DNA from: Octopus sinensis
Taxonomy: Eukaryota
Length of the DNA stretch: 64,000 nucleotides
NCBI RefSeq assembly: GCF_006345805.1
Contig: NC_042998.1
Location: 20,274,001-20,338,000 of the forward strand
Direction: 5' to 3'
Both the position numbers and the translations under genes were made by a program. Below the pieces are notes generated by a model, which saw nothing but the letters and a program-made list of their open reading frames with translations, was not told where the DNA came from and made no database searches. Shown here piece by piece: positions 38,965 to 53,042 of the stretch (position 1 is its first letter; every line of letters begins with the position of its first letter).

Positions 38965-39856
38965 CGCAGGCGTGGCTGTGTGGCAAGAAGCTCGCTTTTT
39001 TTTTTCTTTTTTTTTTTAACTTGTGTTTGACTTTTTTGGGGACTTAAAAACATGGCAAAGAAAGCTGATAAGGTGTTGGAGTGGAAAATTGTCCCACCCA
39101 AACAGTGGTTAAAAAGTCTTGAGGAAAGGACGGTGGTTCTGCGGACGTACCCCAAGTCGCTCGACACCATCGCCGTCTTCAAAAAGATTGATACAGAGAG
39201 AGAGAGAGAGAGAGAGAGTTGGCGGAATACATTCCAACTATAAAATTTATTTCTAGGGGTGTCAAATATGCGACGCTGTGGTTGAAGAAGCTCGCAATTT
39301 CGCGAATCAGCCCTTAGAGGGCGAAGAGATATTGTTTCTTCCCACGTATAGTGTGGGAAGAAGTTGACAAGGGCTTGTGTCTGCGGGTTGCCACCCGGGA
39401 TAGAACCCGAGTGGATAGAAGACACCATCCGTTGGGGTCTGGGTGGCAGCGGAGCCAATCTCCTCAATGTGAAAATTTTGCCTGCGGCTGATTGGGTAGG
39501 GTCAAAAGCTGTTTTGACTCTGTGGACCCAATCAGCCAAGAATCTGATGTTTCCGGATTCTCTGAGAATGGCCGGTTGTAGGTATCCGGTGATTCTTGAA
39601 GGAGCCCCCCCACCCCCAAGTGTTACCTGTGCCTGGGACCAGACCACATTAAAAAGAACTGTCCCCAGGACCAAAGTAAGGTGCGGTGATGGTGTGTTTA
39701 TGTCCCCGTAATTTAGCGGTTCGGCAAAAGAGTCCGCTAGAATAAATACCAGGCTTCAACAAAAACATTTGGGGTCAATTTGTTCGACTAAAAGCTCTTT
39801 TAGGCGGTGCCCCAGCATGGCCGCAGTCAAGTGGCTGAAACAAGTAAAAGATAAAG
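38965..39856 (+). mobile_element. SINE-B head, L1/Tx1-like ORF1 fragment and SINE-B tail chimera
   Basis: Head cgcaggcgtggctgtgtggcaagaagctcgc, poly-T, ORF1-like segments 39052-39243 and 39364-39610, zinc knuckle CYLCLGPDHIKKNC (39621-39662), then SINE tail from about 39688. Confidence 0.7.
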
Positions 39857-40899
39857 ATTTAGAGATGTGTAAACTTCTGAATTCAACATGGGATTGGATT
39901 ACATTAGGTTAAAATACATTGAATTAAATTCAGAAGAAAAGAAAACGTTTGAGATATATTTTTTTTTAATCTTCTGTTTGTTGTTAGGATTATACCATCT
40001 GATATGGCCTTTGCTTATTTAAGATAGCAGTGTGAAGTGATGTAAGATTTAGCTGTTATTACTAGCAGGCTGGGTAACCACGTACAGGCACACTCGTTGA
40101 CTCCCATGCTACATTTCGATTTCTTGTTGGTGTTTTACATGTAAAATGAATGTTTATTTAATTCAACAATAGTTTTGTATTAGATACCGTTCTATTTAGA
40201 AATAATTCTGTGACACTTTGGTTTCCAAATAAGATTTTCATGACAGGATGGTCACTATATCACTTTTATTGCAAGAGAGGTTAAGGAACACAGTGCATTA
40301 AAATCAACGACAGTATTTTACTAGTACTTTTTTTTACTAACGTTGGATTGCTAAATAGAAACGCTGGCACCGTCAGGATGCGAACTCGAAACATAAATAT
40401 CTTGTTACTATATACAGCAAATAATTTTGTCCGGCGTTCAAATAATTCTACTCCCCATTTTTTCAGTCATCTATCGTATAGCAACATCTTGATAAGAAGT
40501 AGAAGTTAAAAATTTCTCTTGATTTTGTTTGATAATTTTAGCTGATTTATGCAAATTGAAATTGCTTAATGGAATCGGGATTCCAAGAATGTCTCAAAGA
40601 TCCTAAACAATCTATCAAAAACATTTCTTATGTTTAATATACGTATTTTTCTTTCATTTTGTATTATTTAATAGAGCCCATATTGTAGCAAAGGATTGTC
40701 AGAAAATTGATTGTTGTATATTAGGTTGATGTCAAAATAATTGCAATTTTTATTATTTTCAACTTTGTTGCTTATTTTGGAATAAATTTTACTGAAATAT
40801 ATTAATACATTCTACTATTTTAAAGCAAAACTTACGGTCTATTGATTTATGCTAATGGTTTTCATTCAACGTTTATTCTTGTTTATTTTAGACTGTCAA

Positions 40900-41560
40900 A
40901 TTAAAGATGGAAGAAGAACAAATTCGAACGATATTTATTTTATTCTATGAGTTCATTTCTTGATTGCATTGTGACATGTGACTAAAGATGGATGCTGTGC
41001 GACAACCGACAGCGTTTTACGCAGCAGCTTGACTGAAATAAGTCCGAAACACTTTTCAGAACTAAAGCTGCATCAAATGGAAATTACAGTCAGCAAATAG
41101 AATCATCCAGTTTTTTTTTAATCCTAATGATACCATTACAGTTGGAAAGTATTGCCCCAAAATCAACAACATACGCCTAGAATTGCAGCATTTATAACCA
41201 GCATTGGTGAATCGAAAAGGACCAGTTCTTCTTGATGACAACACCGCACATCATGCCTCGTAAATAACTCTGAAGAAACAAAATAACTGGGAAACGAAAC
41301 TCTACTTCATTCAACTTATAGCTTAGACCACTCGACTACCACATTTTCAAGCATCTTGATAACATAGTCTACACGGGTTCCAACAACCAAACAGGAAGTG
41401 AAAAATATCTTCGAAAAATCCACTGATACAAGTTCCTCAAAATTCTGTGCATACTGGAGAAAAAAAACTGTCTTGTTGGCATGAATGTAGACATTCAGTT
41501 TCGAATGTTTACTATTTCGATTAATTAAATTTATTTTGAACAGAGATGCTTAAAATACTT
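40900..41560 (+). mobile_element. Internally deleted, degenerate mariner
   Basis: atggaagaagaacaaattcgaacgatatt (MEEEQIRTI) start, then gtgaatcgaaaaggaccagttcttcttgatgacaac (VNRKGPVLLDDN). Confidence 0.7.
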
Positions 41561-42084
41561 TAAAAACCACATTTTTGTTTTGAAGTTTTTCATTTAGTGG
41601 AGAAATGCTTGAATGTCGTAAACACGAGATATGTATTTAGTATGTAAGTCTACATTCTGCAACCTTCAGCTGGGGGGAATACATTTCCTTTCTGCTTCTG
41701 TAATGACCCCTGTTTCTCAGGACTAGATACTATTCATTTCTCCGCAACCTATTAAATCCATTGTATTTCTTTCAACCAAGACAGGAGCTTTATACATCTG
41801 CAATTCCTCGGGACCCATGGAGAGCATGATTAGATCTATTAACCATTAAGCGGTTGCAAGATAAATTCCTTGTGGCTAGCTTTTCCAAGTGAGGCGATGG
41901 AATTTAGCGCTGCAAACTAACAAATCATTGGGTAATAGGCTACTTACTACCCCACGGTGCCTTCTTGTAACCAGTCGAACCTTACTGTTAGGAAATATTT
42001 TTTGACAGGGAGACAACGCAACATCAGTTAAAGTATGTAAACTGCTGATCTCTCATCTGGTCAGTAGTTATCCTATTATCCTCT

Positions 42085-42470
42085 GGAAGCACTCCGTCGG
42101 TTACGACGACGAGGGTTCCGGTTGATCCGATCCACGGAACAGCCTGCTCGTGAAATTAATGTGTAAGTGGCTGAGCACTCCACAGACACGTGTACCCTTA
42201 ACGCATTTCTCGGGGATATTCAGCGTGACACAGAGAGTGACAAGGCCGGCCCTTTGAAATACAGGTACAACAGAAACAGGAAGTAAAAGTGAGAGAAAGT
42301 TGTGGGGTGAAAGAGTACAGCAGGGATCACCACCATCCTCTGCCGGAGCCTCGTGGAGCTTTAGGTGTTTTCGCTCAATAAACACTCACAACGCCCGGTC
42401 TGGGAATCGAAACCGCGATCCTACGACCGCAAGTCCGCTGCCCTAACCACTGGGCCATTGCGCCTCCACT
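42085..42470 (-). mobile_element. tRNA SINE family D, full length with TSD
   Basis: 11-bp direct repeat tattatcctct at 42074-42084 and 42471-42481. Confidence 0.9.
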
Positions 42471-43520
42471 TATTATCCTCTACACTTTCATTCGATCATT
42501 TCAGTTCAATCAGGCAATTGCATTTACTTTTTATTTTTTTTCATTTCATACTCTAACCATCTGCAATTCAAGAGTGGACATTATTAACATTCTTAACATT
42601 CTACAGATATTCCTATAAGCCATGTCCTTCTTCGTAAGCGTAATGAATTATTGTCTTAAATCTAATCATCATTCTTCTAATATTCCAAAACTAGCCAAAA
42701 TAATTCCATTCTATTTCATTTTCGTTCCTGAAATTCTTTCTCCAAACCACAGAATCTCCATATAACCACAACTACAGAACTCAGGAGATGCAATTCTCAC
42801 AATTTTTTTCCCCCTTTTAACTTTGCTTTAAATAGTTGTCTCACTCGTAATTTCGTTTTGAATTACATCTGGTTTTTACCTTTTTGTAGAGATAATATAA
42901 ACTTTATTGCACAGACCTCATAAACGAAGAAATATTACATAGAATTATAGCCAGATTGTTCTATATTTAACACCATCTGTATTTGATTTACTTTGGATTT
43001 TTTTCTCCTAGTATCTTATAATAATTATTTTTGTAAAGCACGCAACAATCATTAAACATCATAAAAAAATAATCTGACAGACATACTTCAAAGCTGAATG
43101 CTGTTCGTTTAACATCAGTGACTAGGTTGAACTTATTGCTATATTATATCTCTGTGTCTAGATGTAATACGGTTATTCTGTTGTTGCTGTTGTTTTAGTT
43201 ATGCAAGGACTGTGCTAGTGTAGAGGCCATTTCTGTTAGATCAATGTCCTAACCAGTTGCTGTTCTCATGTAGGACAGTCAATATATCAAGACAGCGACT
43301 ATGATTGGATTACAATTATGTTATTGGTGCATTGGAAGTGTTTGTATCAGCCACTGATAAAAGTAATCCGGTTGATCCCTCTTTTGGTGTTCACAAAGAT
43401 ATTATATAAAACAAGTTTATATTTCTTTATACATACAGTATCGGTTCAAAAATTATCAATATATGATAACAGCTTGAAGGTCTCTTATGCTAGGATTGAT
43501 CTATTACCACTACGGATATA

Positions 43521-43764
43521 CTCTCTCTTTACTCCTTTACTCTTTTACTTGTTTCAGTCAGTTGACTGCGGCCATGCTGGAGCACCGCCTTTAGTCGAGC
43601 AAATCGACCCCAGGACTTATTCTTTGTAAGCGTAGTACTTATTCTATCGGTTTCTTCTGCTGAACCACTAAGTTACGGGGACGTAAACACACCAGCATCG
43701 GTTGTCAAGCGATGATGGGGGGACGAACACAGACACACAAACATATACACACATACAAACATAT

Positions 43765-43807
<43 letters not shown>

Positions 43808-43975
43808 CATACATACGACGGGCTTCTTTCAGTTTCCATCTACCAAATCCACTCACAAGGCTTTGGTCGGCCCGAGGCTATAGTAGCAGACACTTGCTCA
43901 AGGTGCCACGCAGTGCGACTGAACCCAGAACAATGTGATTGGTAAGCAAGCTACTTACCACACAGCCACTTCTGG
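43521..43975 (-). mobile_element. CORE-type SINE family B
   Basis: Same architecture as 8577-8995. Confidence 0.85.
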
Positions 43976-44090
43976 GCCTATATATTATGAAATGTTTGAA
44001 TGAAGAGAGGGAGCAGGGTAACAACTATTTAAGAAATGAATGTAGAACTAAAAGAAACGAAAGCAACAGGAAATATTGATATACCGGGAT

Positions 44091-44310
44091 ACTAAGATGG
44101 CGAATTGATAGAATCGTTAGCATGCCGGACGAAATGGTTAACGGCATTTCGTCCGTCTTTACCTTCTGGATACAAATTCCGCCGAGGTCGACTTTGCCCT
44201 TCGGCTTTCCGGGCTTGATAAAATAAGTACCAACGGAATACTGGGGTCGATGTAATCGACTTCCTCCTTCCTCCGAAATTGCTCGCCTTGTGTCTAAATT
44301 TGAAATCAAT
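44091..44310 (+). mobile_element. SINE family A, alternative tail (ccttgtgtctaaatttgaaatcaat)
   Basis: Head and body match family A; tail differs. Confidence 0.75.
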
Positions 44311-44987
44311 ATAACGAAATACTGATGCTGATAAAGGAATAAAGATTTAATTATTCGTATATCAAATTTATATGTTTAAATTCTTAGAACATACCAGATA
44401 AAATTTTTGCTATGTTAGATTCCCAGCTACGCTACCATTATGATTAAGGACTAAATTGATTGCGGCTTACAAAACAGTTGATTATGAAATAATGATAACT
44501 GATTGTTCTTGAAGATTATATTGATGGTATCTGCTTGAATTTGAGATGAAACCTAATTGAATATGGTATTCAATGTTTACAATCTATTTTGTAACCATTT
44601 GTTTTTAGCATGATGTTGTGGTACAACAACAGTGAAATGTCTTCTTCTTTGAATAAATATAAATAATTTCATTTTCCGGTTGGTTTCTCATTTTTTACTT
44701 TAGGGCGTTATAACTCTAGGGGCTGCAGCCGCTAATTCTAACTGGCTATGCAACCGCATAGAGGTTGCATCGCTTGACCTTCCAAGACAGCATGGACTTA
44801 ATAAATCTAAGTCTCTTGATTATAGACAGTGCAGAGATGCAATGGGGGTATGAATCATCCATTCTTGGTCTTGTTGTCCAGTATCTTATCGATTTATCTT
44901 ATCGATAAATCTTATCGATTTATCCTTTGCTTTCTTACAGGCGAAGTAATATTAGGTATAAATAAATAAATAAATAAATAAATAAAT

Positions 44988-45228
44988 GCGCCCTTTTAAA
45001 GCCTAGCCGGGCTCATGGGCCCGGTTTCCCGGTTTCTATGGTATGTGTTCCCCAGCTGGACAGGACGTCAGTCCATAGCAGCGTTACTCAATTTTGCCAG
45101 GTGAGTGGACTGGAGCAACGTGAAATGAAGTGTTTTGCTCAAGAACACAACGCGTCGCCCGGTCCAGGAATCGAAACCACAATCTTACGATCATGATGCT
45201 GACACCCTAACCAAGCCACGCGCCTCCA
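44988..45228 (-). mobile_element. tRNA/CORE SINE with gctatggactg...ggctaggctttaaaagggcgc tail
   Basis: CORE-like block and (TAAA)n end; tail shared with 49324-49582. Confidence 0.75.
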
Positions 45229-45728
45229 CAGATGTAAATAAGCCCCATGAAACTTTCTAAATTACTCATAGAACCAACTTGAGAGTAATATATTTCATTA
45301 ACTAGAAGAGGCACGACACTAATTTTCACAAGGCCAAGAAAACCTGCCGATTTAATAGCTTTCAATTATTTATCAAGGGTAAAAAAGATAAGGTTGAGAC
45401 CATCAGATTTTAATTCAATGAGAAGCTGAACAAAAAGAAGGCTTTCATTTAGTTTGCTTATGGTTGTAGCCTGAGCGATTGATTAAAAAATTTTCCCTGA
45501 ACAAAAGGTCACAAGTTTGATTCTTCTGTGAAGCATCTTGTGAGGTGTTTTTGTCTTTTTGAGTTGTTTTTTTATTGTTCTTTTTTTTATTTATATGAGT
45601 CTCGGATCAACCGACGAGTTTCAAATGAATTTGGGTCAACAAAACTTTGTGGAAACCAATTGGATGGGTTGCGCTTGTAATTCAAATATCCATCCTTGTC
45701 CCACGCGTGTTGATTATGATTGAGTATA

Positions 45729-46047
45729 ATTCCACCGAGGTCGACATTGCCTTTCGTCCTTTCGCAATCGATTAAATAAGTACCAGTTACGCACTGGGTC
45801 GATGCAATCGACTTAATCCGTTTGTCTGTCCTTGTTTGTCCTCTCTGTGTTTAGCCCCTTGTGGATTGTAAAGAAATAGGTAATTCACCTGTCGCTACGT
45901 TCTGACGTCGAATTCCGCCGAAGTCGACTTTACCTTTCATTCTTTCAGGGTCGATAAATTAGGTACCAGTTGTGTCCTGGGGTCGATCTAATCAATTGAC
46001 CCTCTCCCCCAAAATTTCGGGCCTTGTACCTAGAGTAGAAAAGAATA
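45729..46047 (+). mobile_element. Head-less SINE family A dimer
   Basis: Two bodies; the second has the ggccttgtacctagagtagaaaagaata tail. Confidence 0.8.
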
Positions 46048-46284
46048 TTTCTACCTGCAGCTAACCATAAATTAATTGTTCTTCGATAGACACTTTGCAA
46101 TATGCTCTTCTTTCATCATCTCAGTACAGAGATTATTGTGGCCATGGCCACCACAACATACAACCACAATTTTTCGATTTGCCGCATTGTTAACTGGAAT
46201 ATGCCGCCAAAACATCTGCCATAGAGTGATGCTGTCTCTACATGCCTCGTAGAAATCTAGTGTAATAACAAAATACTTTAGAAG

Positions 46285-46735
46285 TTGTTGTTAATGATGA
46301 TGACGATGATGATGATGATGATGATGACGACGACGACGATAACAGTGACAAAGAAGATGACGAGGAAATCAACGACAATGACGATGGTTACAGTGGAAAT
46401 GATGATGATGGTGGTGGTGGTGGTGGTGGTGGTGGTGATGATGACGGCGGTGGTGGTGATGATGATGATGATGATGATGGTAGTGGTGGTGGTGGTAGTG
46501 GTGGTAGTGATGATAGTGATGACGTTGATGATGATGATGATGACGACGACGCTGATAGTGACAAAGAAGATGAAGAGGAAATCAAAGACAATGACGATGG
46601 TTACAGTGGAAATGATGATGATGGTGGTGGTGGTGGTGGCGGCGGTGGTGGTGATGATGATGATGGTAGTGGTGGTGCTGGTGGTGATGATGATGATGAT
46701 GACGACCACAAGAAGAAGAAGAAGAAGAAACGATG
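46285..46735. repeat. (GAT/GGT)n compound repeat with a 213-bp duplication
   Basis: gtgacaaagaagatga..ggaaatcaa..acaatgacgatggttacagtggaaatg at 46345 and 46558. Confidence 0.9.
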
Positions 46736-47684
46736 ATCGGCAAGCCGGCCCTGACTGCCGAATTGTGTTTTTTCCTTTCCGCTTTACCACGACAAGATAT
46801 GATATTTGAAATCTTTTTAGTTGCTGCCGTGTGATCACTAGGAAGCTCTCTCTTCTTTGCTCATAAGCTCCCTACTTGCGAAATAAATTCATCAACGGAG
46901 ATGTTAAAACAAACACAAACCTATTTTCGTATCCACATCTGCCGCATAAAAATGTCTTTAAAAAATATGCTTCGCTGATGTGTTATTTAGTAGTAGTTTT
47001 ATTTCAGAAATAAAGTATTAGAATTATTGTGACACACTGTAAGTTGGCATAATTCGAGAACCGTTTTATCTGATAATGCCGACGTAGGAAGTTTCGTGTC
47101 ACCATACTATCTACGAAGTACAGGTATAGATTTGATTTCCTGTATGTAATCAATCTTTTTCTTCAAAAATCGTTTCTGTCTATCCGATTCTGTCTTTAAC
47201 TCTCTCTGTCTCTCTCTTTCTCTCTCTCTCTCTTTCTCTCTCTCTTTTTTCCTCTTTCTCATTCAATTACTCTTTCTCTCCTCCTACACCAGCGCAAAAA
47301 CTCACACAAGCATACACACAGCACGTACCTACAGGGCCTAAGTGTGTGCGTGTATATACATACATATATTTTGTGTGTGTGTGTGTGTGTTTGTGCGTGC
47401 GTGCATACATGCATATACATACTCACACGGTATTTTCGTACAATTCTATTCCAAAGCGATTGGAATACATTAACGAACGAAGAAACGAATTAAAAGTAGA
47501 ATAAAAATTTATTAAATTCTTTTGCTTCCTAACTAGCGACATATTGGCGCCTAATCAGTGAACAGTTAGATACGGCATTTAGATTATTGTTTTATTTATT
47601 CCTTTTTTTTTTCGTTTTAGCTACATTTTCTTTTATTCTTCCAGTTTCGATTGGTACCAATCAGTTCTCGTAATATATACACGG

Positions 47685-49294
47685 TTTTCGTCTGTCTTTA
47701 CGTTCTGAGTTCAAATTCCGCCGAGGTCGATTTTGCCTTTTATCATATCGGGGTCGATTAAATAAGTATCAGTTACGCACTGGGATCGATATAATCGACT
47801 TAATCTTTTTGTCTGTCTTTGTTTGTGCCTTCTGTGTTTGGCCCCTTGTGGGTAGTAAAGAAAGAGAAATAGGTATTTCGTCTGCCGCTACGTTCCGAGT
47901 TCAAATTCCGCCGAGGTCAACTTCGCCTTTCATCCTTTCGGGGTTGATTAAATAAGTACCAGTTACGTACTGGAGTCGATATGATCGACTTAATCCGTTT
48001 GTCTGTCCTTGTTTGTCCTCTCTGTGTTTAGCCCCTTATGGGTAGTAAAGAAATAGGTATTTCGTCTGCCGCTACGTTCTGAGTTCAAATTCCACCGAAG
48101 TCGACTTTGTCTTTCATCATTTCGAGGTCGATTAAATTAGTACCAGTTACGAACTAGGGTCGATATAATCAACTTAATCCTTTTGTCTGTCCTTTTTTGC
48201 TCCCTATGTGTGTAGCCCCCTGTGGGTAGTAAAGAAATAAGAAACGTTAGCATGCAGAGCAAAATGCTTAGTGGTATTTCGTTTCTCTTTATATTCTGAG
48301 TTCAAATTGTGCCGATGTCGACTTTGCTTTTCGTCCTTTCGGGGTCGATAAATTAAGTACCAGTTGCGTATTGAGGTCGATCTAATCGACTGTCCACCTC
48401 CCCAAAAAGTTCTGGCCTTGTGCCTAGAGCAGAAAAGAATATAATTAGAATGGTTCAGAAACGTTAGCGTCTGGGCGAAATGCTTAGCGGTATTTCGTCT
48501 GTCGCAACGTTCCGAATTCAAATTCCGCCGAGGTCAACTTTGCCTTTCATCCTTTCGGGCTCGATTAAATAAGTACCAGTTGCACACTGGTATCGATATA
48601 ATCGACTTAATCCTTTTGTCTGTCCTTGTTTGTCCTCTCTGTGTTTAGCCCCTTGTGGGTAGTAAAGAAATAGGTATTTCGACTGCCGCTACATTCTTAG
48701 TTCAAATTCCGCCGAGGTCGACTTTACCTTTCATCCTTTCGGGGTCGATAAATAAAGTACCGGTTTCGCACTGAGGTGGATGTAATCGACTTAATCCGTT
48801 TGTCTGTCCTTGTTTGTCTCCTCTATGTTTAGCCCCTTGTGGTCAGTAAAGAAATATATACTCTTTATTGTAATATCCCGGTGAATGTCTAAGGTGGTGA
48901 GCTGGCAGAATCTAATCGACCGGCCCCCTACCCAAAAAATGTTGGGCCTTGTGCGTAGAGTAGAAAACAATTGATAAAATGACTATCAGTTGAACAGCAG
49001 AGATCGATGTAATCGATTTATCGCCTCCCACGAAATTGTTGACCCTGTGCCAAAATTTGAAATCAATATTATATTAAAGATTAAGGTGGCAGGCTGGCAG
49101 AATGGTTAGCTGTATTTCGTCCGTCTGTACGTTCTGAGTTCAAATTCCGCCGAGGCTGACTTTGCCTTTCATCCTTTCGGGGTCGATTAAATAAGTACCA
49201 GTTACGCACTGGGGTCGATATAATCGACTTAATCCGTTTGTCTCTCCTTGTTTGTCCTCTCTATGTTTAGCCCCCTTCTGGGTAGTAAAGAAAT
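47685..49294 (+). mobile_element. Dense cluster of about 8 SINE family A units (multimers and a composite)
   Basis: Repeated ggtatttcgtctgcc...gaaata units, including the 48452-48968 composite. Confidence 0.9.
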
Positions 49295-49323
49295 AGATAA
49301 AATAAGGACCAGTTGAGCACATT

Positions 49324-49582
49324 TGGAGGCGCAATGGCCAATTGGTTAGGGCAGCGGACTCGTGTCGGAGGATCACGGTTTCGATTCCCAGACCGAGCGT
49401 TGTTTGTGTTGGTGGTGACCCCTGTTGTGTACTCTTTCGTCCCAACTTTCTCTCACTCTTTCTTCTTTTTCTTGAGTAACGCTGCTATGGACTGGCGTCC
49501 CGTCCAGCTGGGGGGGGGGGACAAACGCCACAGAAACCGGGAAAACGGGCCCATGAGCCTGCCTGGCTAGGCTTGAAAAGGG
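49324..49582 (+). mobile_element. Chimeric SINE: family D head plus the tail of the 44988 type
   Basis: ggaggcgcaatggcc...aactttctctcactc followed by gagtaacgctgctatggactggcg...ggctaggcttgaaaaggg. Confidence 0.7.
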
Positions 49583-50146
49583 AACAAAAAAAAGTTGAGC
49601 ACACACCCCCCACTAATATTACTAGCCCTGTAAAAAAATTTGAACCCACCATCAGTTTAACGATTTTATAACTCTTAATAAACTGTGTACATCAGACCCA
49701 CTAAGATATATCATTAATTAGTTTTCCTGCCTTTCTACTCAACTCCTATCTATAATTTTTTTAATTTATCACAGCCAACGAAGGTACCATTATTTTCCCC
49801 AAACATCTACATCTTTAAAGAAAATAAAACACGTTAGATAACGTGGTCATTGCTCGTAAGAAAATAACTTGATTGTGACTGTGCAGTAGAATGGAGTGGA
49901 TAGTGAAATGATAAAATAAATTATATTACACTAACAAAAGATTTCTTTCTGCTTTTTTTTTTTTTTGTCTTTGTTCAGTGAGTGTTCTTTTCGATTTACT
50001 TCCACCTAGAAATCAAAGGAAATTACTACTATTTCCTTCAAACTTTTCTGACGTAAACATCAATATTTTCAAACTGACTTCATTTTCCATTACATTTCAG
50101 ACAGATTCAGCGCTGATTTACTGAAGCAGAAATATCGTTATAGCAA

Positions 50147-50547
50147 ACTAGAAGTATCGCCCGGCGTTGCTCGGGTTTGTAAGGGAAATAACTATATAAG
50201 CATTTTTAGAGAGTTATAGCCAAAAAAAATAGCAAAAAAATGCATTAAAAATGGAAAAAAAATGATGGTAATTTTTTTTTAAATCGTTGACTTATCGTAG
50301 ACATTTTTAGAGAGTTACTTCTCTTATATAATAGCGAAAAAAATGCATTAAAATGGAAAAAAAATGATGGTAATTTTTTTTTAATTGTAGACTCATCGTA
50401 GACGCGCACTAATACCCAGAAGGGCTGGATATGAATCACGACTATAAGATACCCGGTTTTGGTTAAACTGCACCGCAAAATGTGGGAGTAGTTAGGAATC
50501 TAAATCGTAGGAGACAGACACACAACCTTACTTTTACATATAAAGAT
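50147..50547 (+). mobile_element. Probable non-autonomous Helitron/Helentron-type element
   Basis: Starts actag..cgcccggcgttgctcggg (small hairpin), has an internal duplication of about 108 bp, ends atataaagat. Classification is by resemblance only. Confidence 0.5.
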
Positions 50548-53042
50548 ATTCTGCTTAATGCCACAGATTTTCTTATCAGTTGCTTGATCTTTACCACTTG
50601 ATCATATCCCTTAGTGGCTGACTATATGCGTTTCTCTGATCAGGAGCAGGAATAGTGAAGGAGCATCGTAGCCATGTGTTGAGAAAGATTCTTTGAAATT
50701 TGAGTGAATGAATCTAACGAAAGCAAAGTTTGAAGAAAAATATTGGCCAATTTTCATACTTTCTAGGAGTAAGCAAGTAGGAAATAACAGTCGCTCCCCA
50801 GGGACAAAAAAACCGTGTAACACAGTGTAATCAATAAGTAGATTGTTCTGTTGAAAGAACAATACATCAACGAAACCGATAGAGATGAATTTTCCACATA
50901 AGTAGTAGTAGTAGTAGTAGTGGTGGTGGTGGTGGTGGTGGTAGTGGTGGTAGTGGTGGTGGCGGTGGTGGCGGTGGTGGTGGTGGAGAGAGCCGTCATC
51001 GTTGTTATCGTAGTGGTGGTGGTAGCTGCAGCATTCATACTTAGTATACGTGTGTATGTTAGCGTGTGCATTTGTGTGTGTGTGTGCTGGCATGTTTTTC
51101 CGTTCACCCTTCGGCTTGGCATTAGAAACCAATATAAATTAGTGAAAATTTCGCAATGTTCACTGGGATTTCAATATGTAATACGTTCAGACCTGATACG
51201 AAACATAGCCCCCACCTCCACCCCACCGCCGCCACCACCAATATCAAACTGCTTATAAGATGGGGTGGGGATTTAGTGTTAAATGCATACGGTGTATTTA
51301 TGGGTTTCGATTATATACAAATAATTGTAACGGACATTGACTCACGTACGTGCAACAGAACAGAATAAAAGAACTAGAAAGTCTTATTTCTAAAAAGGGC
51401 AATTGTTTATCTAATTATACCAACTTTGCATCTGAGGAACACATCCTCCTATACATACACACACACACACACACACACACGCATATACCATGTACATTAA
51501 CTGACCCGGTTACTCTCCATCACTGTTCTGGTCTTATTCTAAGACCGTGAAGTTTGCCTCAAACTCACTTAATTTCAAGAATTTCTTGCATCGCTGCTAC
51601 ATCATCTTTCTTATTTTGCCAGACACTTATCAAATTTAAGTATGCTGCTTCAAAGGAAATTGCTAGGAATGAGAGTATACCATCAAATTGCAGTGCGTGA
51701 CAGACAGTATATGAAAGACGAAAAAATCTTTCTGAACGAATGAAGATGCAATATTTTCAGACGAGAATTCAACAGCTTATCCGCCAATCCTTTTCTCAAA
51801 TAATAGCTTTCGTTAGCTTTATTTCTGCTACACTTCCCACTTTAACTTTCGAAATAGATTTGATTCTGGTAAAACTGAAGATAAAAGAAAGTAGTCTGCG
51901 CATGTAGATTAGCTGTTCCAAGAATAGCTTCTAAGATATATCACTTTTATTTAGAAGCTTGCGTTGATTAGTTCTATAAAAGGGTAGAACCTCTGAACTG
52001 TGTGTTAATTCTGATGTAGATTTGTTTTCGTGTGAATACGTATTCACAGATTTATAAGGAGTAGTCAGGTAGTTACGGAGAATGAAGGAGAGAGTGGACA
52101 GAGTGAAATTAAGTGAAGACGGGGCGAGGAATATAGAAACTTGAATGTAATAAAAAAAGCGAGATATGTGAATAATATACCCGAGAGAAGTAAGAGAAGT
52201 AAGAGCTTAAGATAAAAATAAAGTGTGGTAGATAGAATCTTGGGTGCAAAAGAGTGAGTGAAAAATGTAAATATCATCTCTGAGGAAAATATAGATTTTT
52301 ATATGTGATCAAACCAAAACCTTCGGCAAAACTATTATATAAGAAAAAAGTATTTTTTAAAGAAACAATTCAATAAATCTAATATTAAAACCTCATTCGT
52401 GGAAACATATTAATAGGTTTTTCATTGTTGTCTGTGTGCAATTTTTGTGGTAGAAAATAAATTATAGAGATTGGCCAAGAAAGAAATTCAATCAATATTT
52501 TCTTATCCTAACTTAAGCTATTGTATCACTCTAGATATCAATCCAACCATTTTTGTAAGTCGAGGTCTTTCTACTTACTCTTTCTTTCGACCGAATTCAT
52601 CATAGTTCACCTCTTTTTCTTTTTCTTTCTATCTTTTCACACTTCATCTTCATCTCTTCCTTCCTTTCTTCTACTTTCTCTTACACACACGCACAAAAAA
52701 AAACATAAACAAACACACGTACATGTCTGACGCCATGCTAACACTCGATATGATATTGTGATTTCAAACATGAGCTTCAGTCACGACACGTGCAAAAGAA
52801 AACTTACAGGTGTAACAGCTCTTAAATAAGATTTTTGGAAAGGTATTTACAACTGAGGACAACTCAAGAAGAGTACTTTAAAACATTAGTGAAGCTATTG
52901 AATATTTATTGACGAAAAGGAAATTGGTCCTTATGTAGCAGACAATATCTCAAGTTACGTTGAACACTTGCATCGGAATAGAGAAGGAATGATGTGTGGG
53001 TTGACCGTGAAGTACTGCTTTAACTCCATGTGTAATATATAT

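Noticed and set aside
47685-49294. Regularly spaced repeats suggesting a CRISPR array
   Set aside because: Units are 184-bp SINE bodies without unique spacers; the context is eukaryotic with no cas genes.
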